The notes below the pieces were generated by a model that saw nothing but the letters and a program-made list of their open reading frames with translations, searched no databases and had not been told where the DNA came from. The translations under genes and the position numbers were made by a program. DNA of 64,000 bases. It comes from Gekko japonicus (taxonomy: Eukaryota). Below are positions 49,281 through 64,000 of the stretch, one piece after another. The DNA is taken from the NCBI RefSeq assembly GCF_001447785.1, contig NW_015161507.1, forward strand, positions 95,555 through 159,554, in the 5' to 3' direction. How positions within the stretch are numbered: the first letter of the stretch is position 1; the number at the start of each line of letters is the position of its first letter.

Positions 49281-51954
49281 GTATGTGCCCAGGTCCGTAA
49301 TGGGACTCTCCGAGAGCTCTGGGGTTCCTTCGAAGAGCTAGTGGGTTTCTATCAAGTTTTTCCAGCCTAGGGGGCGGACCTCTCTGGGCAGTGGCTGCAG
49401 GAGGGGGCGAACGAAGGGCCGCAGAAGGGCTGGCTGAGCTGATCGCGAACTGGCCGCCTCCCTTCCCCACAGCTAGTTCCTTCGACCTTCCCAGTCCCTC
49501 TTGCAGCATCCTCGCAGCTGGCTTTGGACCCTGCGCCTACAAGTTGCTGTGCACGGCATCGCCCACGCCCCCCGACCCCTGTCAAAAGACATTCCCCCCT
49601 TCCCTTTCGCTGCATCCCCACCGCGTGGCCGGGACAACTCCCCCCACCCCGGGAAAAGAAGAAGGCCACATCTCTCCTCCCCACCACCACCACATTAGTC
49701 GTCCTGCCCGAATACCCAGTTCTGATGAAATCTGGGACACCACCGGGAAGGAGCCCAAGCCTTCCTCTGCTCTTCTCCTGACTGCGGCGATTGATCGGGG
49801 GATAGGGGGAGGGAGGGGGAGCTGAGAATTGAGGGAGGGGCCCATAAAAACCACGGGCCTGGGCTGCACCAGTCACCAAGACAGAAAAAAAAAGGAAAAT
49901 GTCCCCATGGCACAGTGAGAAAATAAGAAGTTTCCATTTCATCAATACATTTCTTACTTTCCCACTGCACCATCAGCTTTTTCTTGCTCTCTTTTCTTAA
50001 TTTTCTTCTAGGACAGAATAGTCTTGACTTTCTAGGGCAGAATAGCCTGACCTCAAATTGTGCCCAGAACATCTCTCATTCCTCATAGCAAGAATTTGTC
50101 CCCATAGTTGCTTCTAATGAAAGATGCTAGAGTAGGCTATAAACCTGGGTGCAGTTCTTCAGGGTTATTAACTGCGTTGGGTCTTGAATTGCCCCCCCGG
50201 AGGCAAGGCAGATATATAAATAATCTAAATAAATAAAAATATGTACACCTTGAAGATATGAAGCTGCCCTCTGCTAAGCCAGGCCACTGGTCCATCCAGC
50301 CAAGTATTTTCCACTCTGTCTGGCAGGAGCTCTCAGGCAAGGATAGTTCCCACCCATCACACGTATATTCATGTGATTTATAGTCTGCCTTTCTCACTGA
50401 GACTCGAGGTGGATTAGACGGTGTAAGGAAATGCAGTGAATAGGGCAGGCCATCTAATAAGTGACGCAGTTGGACTCTAGGGCCGGAGCAGTCTGAAAAG
50501 GGCATGAAGAGAGATGACCCAAAGCAACCGCAGACAGCCCTCAGGTGAACACAGTGTTTGTCCTTTGGAAGCCCCAGCAGAGGGCAGCATTGAAAATGAG
50601 TCACCTTCGGACAGAGGAAGGGGAGTAGAGCAATCCACCATCAAGTTGTTGGGGCAGCCATGTTATTACTGTTGTGGTGGTGGTGGCCATGTTATTGTTA
50701 ATTAGATTTATTAATCGCCCCATCCCGGCTTGTGCTGGGCTCTGGGCGATGTACAGGGCATAGTGTCAGAAAATACAAAGCACAAAACATTAAAATGTAT
50801 ATCTAACCTTAATGAAAATTTCAGTGTAGATGAGAAGATCCAAGATGGTAATTTTTCCTATATTATCTTTGAAAAGTTATCACCATTCATTATATAAACT
50901 GAATTAGGTATGATACATTTTACAGCAAGCATTTTACAGTGGAGAAAGCGAGAGATGAACCTCCTAAACCAGCTCCTGATCTAGGAATAGCCATCCCCTC
51001 CCTCCATAGCATGGGACAGCACAGGCTCTTGAGGTAAGCAGGCACAGAGTGCGCTGCAAGAAGCTGAGATGGATGCAGCCCAGTCTCTGGAGAACCAGCT
51101 GTCCCCCGTGGAAGGCAAAGAGTGCTGCTCCCATCGATGGCAACAGAGGGCTCAGGGCTGCTGCTCTTCCCCACTACTGGTAGCGCTGGAGGCGAAGGGA
51201 AGGCAGGGTTATCTCTGCAGTCAGGGACTCTTCTAGGAACCATCAGGAAGTGGAATAATGTTTCAGAGCATGGACTTGTTGAAAGAGCCTTGGTGGAAGG
51301 ACATGTGTGTATTTTGGGTGTCTTTTGGTTTTCTTTTAATGGAGGCAGCAAGCAGGAGGAGCCCACCCCCTTCAATGGGTGTGTCTCTTGAACTCAGCTC
51401 AGCTAAGGTTGGGGTTGCCTTTTCAATGTAAATTTGATATGCCCCCCCCCCCCAAATTCTTCAAGATGGAGACCCAGGTTTTATTTCTCAAATGAGAGGT
51501 GCGGTGCTGAACCTTTCAAGGAGATATTGTCCCTTGTTCTTCATAGAAGGCAAGAGAAAGACTGTGGTCTGCATTATCAGACTTCTCAGGTTAATCAGCA
51601 CAGAACTATGCCTGAAGAGGGGCTCATTGGCTTTCTTTTGGGGCAGTTCTTTTGACTTATTTATTTATTCATAAAATTTATACCCTGTCTTTCTGCCCTC
51701 ACAAGGACCACCGTGGCAGATAACAAATTAAAGCAAACACAATAAAACCACATTTTAAAACACTTAAAGTTACCCCCCACAAACACACAAAATGTATGCA
51801 CCTTCCACCCACCAGAAGCACCTTCCAGTTTGTCGGGATTAAGCTTTAGTTTACATCAGAGAAGCATCAGACTTCCAGGTCACATCTGAGAAATGTCCCT
51901 CTGCTAATAAGGGGAATGGTAAAAGCTATACTGTTAATTGTAATGTCTAATTAG

Positions 51955-56390
<4,436 letters not shown>

Positions 56391-58189
56391 GTTACATCAA
56401 ATAAATTGGTTTACAAAATGGAAGGCAATGCAATAAAACAGTGTAATAATGTATTCCATAGTTCTGTATAATTATATAAAAGATTTCAGATATTAGCTGC
56501 TAAATCCTGAGACCTTGTCAGCCTCATTATAGATACAGTGGTGTGACTGTGCTACGATGCTGGCCCTGATGGTTACCCGCCCCCAGACATTCTGTGGAGA
56601 AAGAGGAACCATATGCACCACTCTTCAAGGCCCAGATTGCAGAGTTAGTGTGCCAGAGACTCTTAACAACTGCGGCAACACCCACCAGTCACAGATCTGA
56701 GCCCAGTGATGTTCCCCTGAGTGGCTGAAGGGGGTGCATCCAGCCCCCACCTGCCAACACAGCCATATCCCCTTAAACCCCCTCCCATTGGAGTACCAGA
56801 GGACAGGGAGGAAAGACCCAGCAACTGCACAACCACAACAGAGGTCAGTGATGTCAGCAACACTCCACCATGCCCCAGAGATGAGTCATGTAGGGTTGCC
56901 AACTTACAGCTGGGCCCTGATGTTCTCCTGTTACCATAGAGACCAGGTTTCCTTTGAAGCAAACTGGAGCTTCTGAAGGCAGGCTATCATATCCTTGCTT
57001 AGTCCCTTCCCCTTCCCAAACTCTGTCCTCTTGAAGCACTGCCCTCAAATCATCAGGAATTTCCCAGGCCCCAGCTGGCAGCCCTAGATCCATGTCTGAG
57101 TCATAGCTCATTCCCCACTTGCCAGGCAGAGTGATGGCAGACACCAGTGGGAAAATAGGGCAGCACCCTGAGCAAAGTTTTAACCCCCACTTAAAAGTCT
57201 CCTGGGTAAGGGCACCCATGTGTCAAATGGGACAGGTGGGTCTGAGCCACTGGAGGGCAGAGATGGAGGCCAAAAAAAAAGCCCACCAAAACAGAAGGCA
57301 GAGTCTGAGGTTGAGCCCCTGGCCATGACGCCTAGGACTAGCTTCCTTACCATCTGGCTGAGCAGGAATACCCAAAGGAGGAACACCATTGTGTGTTAGG
57401 TATTCCATTGCAGCCCTGACAGTAAAGAATAACTGAAAAGATCACTGAGACAGCAAGAGAGAGAGGCCGTCTCTGAAACTATGGAGCCCTGCTCCTACGT
57501 TTACACCCTTTTCAAGGTATCTTCCCCCTTGTCTCATGGGGTCACTCAATGAAGAAGGTTGTCCAAGTCCTTAAGGTCACTTGGCTCAGGGTCTTGTAAT
57601 GAGAAATCATAAGATGTCTGTTGTACGGGCCCCATGATTTAGCCATAGTTCTTGGCATGAAAATTTAACCACTAAGGGAAAACACAAAAATTCCATGTGA
57701 ATTTCCCCAACTTAGTGTCTTATTATTTTGAACACTGGTTCATGTTGCCTTCTTTGGCTTTCCCCGCTACCCATTAAAATACCAGGAATTCAACCTCTCA
57801 AGCAAGTCCTAAGTCATTTTGCCTTTGTTCCCTAAGGATCATCGAAAAACAATAGGAAATTACCTAACTGCTCTCATTAACGCCAAACAGATGTATGTCT
57901 CTCTTAGGCAGATCATAAGTGACATGCCTGGGGATGCTGGATCTCGAACTTGGCCCAAGCCTGTCCAGCTTGTCCAAGAACTTCTGAGGAACTACTGAGA
58001 AAGAAATTCTGCTAGACTGACTCTGTTTTGAAGCTAATTCTGAGCTGACAGCCATAAAAAGCAAAAGAGCAAGTCGCGTAGCAGTAATAAGTTTTGCCAA
58101 AGTTGCTGGAGCATGAACAGTAAAAACAGCAAAACCTCAAGGTAGAGAAGAACTGGAGGAAAGTGGTCTAAGTCTATTAGTTAGCAGTA

Positions 58190-58925
58190 GAAAAGAGTAA
58201 GGATCCAGTTGCACCTTAAAGACTAACAAAATTTGTGACAGGGTGTGAGCTTTCATGAGTCACTGTTGTATCTGAAGAAGTGAGGTGCTACTAGACTCTT
58301 GCTCTTTTCTACTGCTACAGGCAGACTAGTATGGCTACCCATCTTGAGCTATTTGGCTTTGCTTATCGCTTAATGGATGTGAAACATACCAGGTGTTCTT
58401 TAGTGGAAATCTTTAGTGCCAAATGAAAGTATGCGCATGTGTGAAACTCGTACTTAACTTGTAACTGCTTAAGTCAAGTCGGTCTCCTTTTGGGTGGCTG
58501 TTTTCTTTGATTGCAATAAATAGACAGCAGAGTGCAAATCCTCTAATTTGTCATTGAGTTTCTTCAACGCAATCTCCTACAAGCTATCTCCTTAAACACA
58601 CACAGTTCTCCCAAAAATGTCCTTTTAGGGTCCCTCAACTAATAAGAATTAACAGATATTTAGGGAGCAGATTTGCTGTTGACCAAACACTTGTGCTTGC
58701 AAGAAGTGTAAATGCATAGGGAGAGAATGGTATCTGATACTGATATTCCAGAGAACAAAATTGAGTCCAGTGGCACCTTTAAGACCAACGAAGTTTAATT
58801 CTAAGCTTCCGTGTGAATGTACACTTCTTTACATGAAAGTCTACACCAAAAAAAACTGTCTTAAAGATGCCACTGGACTCAAACTTTGTTCGGTTACTTC
58901 AGACCAGCATGGCTACCCCACCTGA
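58190..58925. mobile_element. Two compact inverted Penelope-like pLTR remnants (58190-58345, 58752-58925)
   Basis: Inverted tccag.ggcacc.ttaagac / gtcttaaag.tgccactggactc motifs with hammerhead-like core remnants. Confidence 0.6.
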
Positions 58926-60697
58926 ATCTGATATTCCAGGTTATGCTTCGGGCAGTTAGGTTAACAACAATGGACTCTGGCAGCTATTAAAAAACCTACA
59001 GATCAGAAACATATTACCAGCTTCCTAACTGCTGGCTTCGGCCGTAAATAAAACTTTATCCTTATTACCATCTTCCCAACCTTCCTTATATATCCCAGTT
59101 CCCTGAATCCTAATCTGCCTTGATTTGTTATCAACAGATTACTGTGTCTACAAAGGGGTTAAAATTTGCTGACACAATACCCAAAGAAACTCGTAGCCTC
59201 TCAGGTGAGATTTGCCTTTCGGCATACTCTGAATGCTTCATTTCTAGGAGGAATTTTCTGATACAGAATCATATTTTTTCCCTCTTTCCTTTAGACGACA
59301 CTTGGTACATTCACAAACCAGACCCCCCCCTCAGTATCTTCTTCTCTTAGTCCTTTACCTCCCTAGAGCTCTTTGGTAGCTTAACTACAATTGAGTTCTG
59401 ACATTTCTGCCTCAGCGTACTGGGATCTCAGCTAGGGTGACCAGTGGTCAGAGACAGGAAAAACAACCAGTTGCTCACACTGAGCCACAGAGGCCTGGTC
59501 TTTTGAAGCAAAAACCCATATGTCAGCCTATAGGTCTAACATTGGCTTCAGTTCCCTCATCGGGAGACACTGGGGCCAGGCCAACCATGGACAGTTGATA
59601 TTTTGTCCCTGCAAACTGCGAAAAGGGGGATGGGATGGCCCAGCTGATGGGCCATGCCAGACATCTGTCGTTTCAACTGGTGTGCCCCTTCACAACCCCT
59701 GCACGCCACATTCGAAGGGGCTGTCACTGCCAGCAGCGTCCTTCTGTCTGGAGCTCACCACACACACACCCCTGCCTGACCACGCTGTGTGGCTTATCAG
59801 ATGCCAGCAGTGTCATGGGCCACTGCTAGACCCAGCAAGCAGCCCTCCCAACTTTATACATGTACCCCCTCATACCAGCCCCCTTGTAGTGGCTGCCCTT
59901 GTGATTCAGAGTTCCTCCCTTGAACGAAACCCCCTTGTCCTACCCATGTACTCAGTGTGCTCAGGCTCCTTGCAAACATTTTACATGGCAATGGCTGAGC
60001 TAGCCCCACTCTACAGCTGGGAGACCGCAGGCCTCACATTAGCCTTCTGTAGGGTATTGTTTGGGGGGCATTTCCAAGTTGGGCCATCTACTTCCCCAAG
60101 GAAGCCACAGTCCGCAGCCAGAAAACCTTACCCGAGCGGGAGAAAATGGTGGAGGAGAGGTAAGGAAACACGTGCCATTCTCTGTGGAAAGTTGAATCCT
60201 TCACTCCCTCTGGCTCCTGATTCCCATCCATCCATTTGGTGAGGTGGCAACTACTTTGCCAATCAGGGGATTTCCGGATCAATATTTGGGTGCTGAAACA
60301 TAACCCAGTTGAGGTGTTTATTTATTTGGTCTGATTTCTATCCCGCCCTTCCCACAAACAGGCTCAGGGTCGGTTACAGCATTGCTGATAGGACAATACA
60401 ATCAGACATTAAAAACTGTAAAATCTTAAACCCTACAATGATGGCGTTCAAACTACTTCAGACTATTTCCATGATGTCCTGGTATAATTCAGTTAAAAGT
60501 GGAGAGGGCTAAATCCCCTAACCCTAACCTTGAGTAAACCAAGTTGGGTTGTTGTTCAGAGTCCTCAAAAATTGAAGACCTTGTAATAGATGATAACAGA
60601 TGGTAACAGGAGGGGCCAGGTGACATTTGACGTTCGCTGCCTCACCCAAAATCCTGGTGGAATAGCTCCATCTTACAAGCCCTGCGGAACTGTAAAA

Positions 60698-60715
60698 GGT
60701 AGGTAGGTAGGTAGG

Positions 60716-60747
<32 letters not shown>
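60698..60747. repeat. (AGGT)n(AGAT)n microsatellite
   Basis: Directly visible. Confidence 0.95.
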
Positions 60748-62322
60748 AGCACCAAAGGGGGAAGTACATGGTAGCCGTGCAGATCTTTTGGCTTCCAGTG
60801 CTGGGTTACTGGGTTTCAGCTTTATATCCAAATGCTACATTATCATTTTGAGGCCTGGTCTGAATATGAAAGAGCATCTAATGTTGGGAATCAAAGATGA
60901 GATCTGATTCTTAGTACCCTGTCTTCCATGTGTTCAGGCGAGTGGTATCGAAACCAACCTACCTTGAGGGTCAATCTCCTGAGCTGCTATTTAACAAAGC
61001 TTTGTTTGCCAATGAAGGCAGCAAATACATAACAAAAGTAGAATAGGCAGAAGCCACATAGTTTCAGTGTTTTTCATTTATCACATCATATTACCTCTAG
61101 ATTCTGTTAAGAAGCTTGGTTAACACAGTTGGGTTTTGCGACTGTTGAACACGTACGAACATGCACGAAGCCGCCTTATACTGAATCAGACCTTTGGTCC
61201 GTCAACATCAGTATCAACGTCTACTCAGGTGATCAAAGTCTACACAGACTGGCAGCAGGTCTCCAGGGTCTCAGGCTGAGGTCTTTCACATCACCTACTA
61301 CCTGAACCTTTTAAATGGAAATGCTGGGGATTGTACCTGGGACCTCCTGCATGCCAAGCAGATACAACCCCCACCCCATTGCGTGTGTGATGTCAGTCAG
61401 ATGCACATTGCTTGTCTCCCAAACATTCTTTCTGATTAAATAATTAGTTTTTGTGACTCATACTTTTACACACACACACTCCCCCCCCCCCTGGAGTCCA
61501 GTAGCACCTTAAAGACCGACAAGATTTCCAGGGTTTTGAGATTCAAAGCTCCGTTCATCAGATACAAGTAGGAATTGAGATCCCTGAACTTTATATCCTG
61601 TCAGAAGGTGGGAGCATTGTGGCAAAGAAGGGATTCAGGATGCAAAGATACAATGCAAGGAATCATAATAATAAGAAGTAGGAAATGGCATGAACCTAAA
61701 AAGCCCAGTTCGGTTCGGGGTTCAGGGCAGCTCCCAAACTGAACCCTGAACCCCACCGAGCCAAAAGGCCCCAACCTGAACTGACCTGGTCCAACTAGTT
61801 TGGTTCCCCCTCTCTCCCACTTTGGCCACTTCCACACTGTCATTTTTGTCCCTATTGCTTTGGGTTCCTCCCCCTTTCCCACATGTGTTTTACCTTCTCT
61901 GGGACTACTAGAGAGAGCAAAACACATTGGGGGAGGGGGAAATCCCTGAAGCAATAGGGACAAACGAGTGACAAAAAATGACAGTGCAGAAGTGGCCTTT
62001 GAAGTGGGGGGAGCGAAAGCAACAGGTTTAATGGCTCAGACATTTAAACCCACCCTGCCATAAGGAATAAATGGCTGGCAGTCATTTCACTGATTAGTTT
62101 TGCTTTCCCCTGCTTTAAAGGGGGGGGGGGAGTGAAACTGACCAATGAAATGGCTCACAGCCATTTCAACCTAACAGTGGGACAGATCCACCTGTCAGCT
62201 GTTAGGTTTAAACAACTCTGCTGCAGATCCTCTGCCACTCAGCTGTTTGGTTTAAATTGCCCCAAACAACTAAACCAAACAATGGGCAGAACAAAAGTCC
62301 GGTAAGCACCTTCCCCCAGAGG

Positions 62323-62610
62323 TCATATTGATATTGCGCTAGGAGTGTTATTTTTTTGTTTCCAAATTTTTTTCCATACCTCGTCACTTAGAGTCAAATC
62401 GCAATCTCGTTGCCAGACCGACTGATAAGGCAATGGTTTACAATTCGATTCAGATTGCAATAAGTCGTAAAGTGCTGAGATCAGTCCCTTATTTTTGTCA
62501 CTAAAAATTTTAAGAATAAACTCCAGTTTAGTATGTGGACAGGACATTATTGATATTAGTTTTATGTGGCTGGTGACGTGCTGGATTTGCAAATAAAGAA
62601 ACCAGGGTGT
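62323..62610 (-). mobile_element. L1-clade ORF2 C-terminal fragment
   Basis: KGLISALYDLL..WQRDCDLTLSDEVWKKIW resembles the vertebrate L1 region upstream of the cysteine-rich motif. Confidence 0.65.
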
Positions 62611-64000
62611 CAGCTTTTGAGAGTGAAAGCTCCCTTTGTCAGACACTAGTATCTGACGAAGGCAGCTTTGACTCTCCAACGATCCCCTGGAAATCGTGCT
62701 ACTGGACTTAAATCTAGGTCTTCTACTGCAAACTAATATGACTACCTGTCAAGGTTTCAGTTTCACTTCGTTTTGCTTCACTGCTTTCCTTGCCATGTAT
62801 TAGGGGGGAGGGAATTCCTGAGGGGAGTGTATGTGTTGTTAGAGTGAATGCCAGTAGTAGCCATAACCATTTCCTAACTTGTACCCCTCGGCCTGTTCTC
62901 ATGGGATTTGGCCTTGGAGACTTCTCTGCCTTGCTAGCTTAGTTAAGGCACCATATATCCCAGGGTTGCCATAATAACACTATGGGCTGACTGCTGATGA
63001 ATGCATGGGGCAGGGCGGGGGGTGTACTTGGTTTTACCTATAACCTGACATTTTTGCACGCTTTCTTCAGTCCTGACTAAATTCAAGTTCCTGATGTAAG
63101 CATATCTCTAATAAAGTATTACTGCCAAATAGAGCTGCCAGCCTCCAGGTGGGGCCTGGGGATCTCCCGCTTTTACTAGTGATCTCCAGCCGACAGAGAT
63201 CAGCTCCCCTGGAGAAAATGGCTGCTTTGAAGGGTGGACTCTATGGCATTGTACTATGCTGAGGCCCCTCCCCTCCCCAAACCACACCCTCTCCTGGCTC
63301 CACCCCCAAAGTCTCCAGGTATTTTCCAACCCAGACTTGCCAACCCTACTGCCAAAAGTGTTGTGGAGAGTGTATTAACTGGTGACCTGACACTACCCTC
63401 TGAAACTAGCCCACAGTAAGTCTCCTAGTCTCTGGAAAAGATAAACCTTTCCTAATATGGGTAAATTAGCATTAAAATCTATTATTAGGCAATATTAATG
63501 TTCACCAGGGCATGTGCTGGCCCAGTCTCTCCAGGGAGCAGCAGAAATTACGCACCAGCCTTTTTTTGGTTTGGTGCACATGTTGATTCAACATTTTAAG
63601 GTAGTTGTCTGAAAGGCTGTCTTTGGAAACATCCCTTGAGCTTTGGCAAGAAGCAGAATAAATCACCATCCTTTTCATAATTATAAGGGGAAGAAACAGC
63701 TCTGCGCCTTCCATACTCTCTACGTGGTTCCATGCGCAGGTGTGTGGAGCTGGTGAAAATATGTTTGCAAAAAGTTATTGTGGAGGCTCCAACTGGGCAG
63801 CAAAAGTCAAGTGAGTTTGGCTTGGCTTTTACGGACAAAATGCTGTAATCACCATCAAGATCAAGAAGTGTCTTTTTGTAGTTATTCGGTTGTGGTTGCT
63901 AGAGAGTTAAATAAAAGCCTGAGAGTTCTGGGTTGACATCACAACTCAGCCATGAGTAGGGCTGCCAACCCCCAGGTGAGGCTTGGAAGTCTCCTGGAAT

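Noticed and set aside
57864-63850. Possible minus-strand exons (57864-58100, 63596-63838) and the 240-aa ORF at 59520
   Set aside because: No recognisable domain or consistent exon chain; cannot be supported without a database search

Overview
Vertebrate genomic DNA from a squamate reptile, probably a gecko (inferred from Sauria SINE, BovB/RTE, CR1, 5S-derived SINEs, Penelope-like remnants and hAT MITEs). The window is a plus-strand cluster of SCAN/KRAB C2H2 zinc-finger genes. Gene 1: terminal exon with 7 fingers. Gene 2: a SCAN-KRAB-ZNF gene whose SCAN domain is split by about 4.1 kb of nested TEs and whose last exon is tandemly duplicated. Gene 3: a paralogue with a decayed finger exon. Gene 4: an intact KRAB-A/B gene with 37 fingers organised as a 12-finger higher-order repeat. 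The standout feature lies between genes 2 and 3. It is a long open hAT/ZBED-type transposase ORF with an intact BED finger and dimerisation motif, but both catalytic aspartates are changed to glycine and no terminal inverted repeats are visible. Phase-0 splice sites could join it in frame to the upstream SCAN exons, making it a candidate host-transposase fusion gene. Also present: an open DIRS1 gag (LAP2alpha-like) ORF in an intron of gene 4, many hammerhead-like motifs in Penelope-type repeats, a CTCF motif, two assembly gaps and many short tandem duplications, some of which may be assembly artefacts. All splice models are inferred from sequence only.
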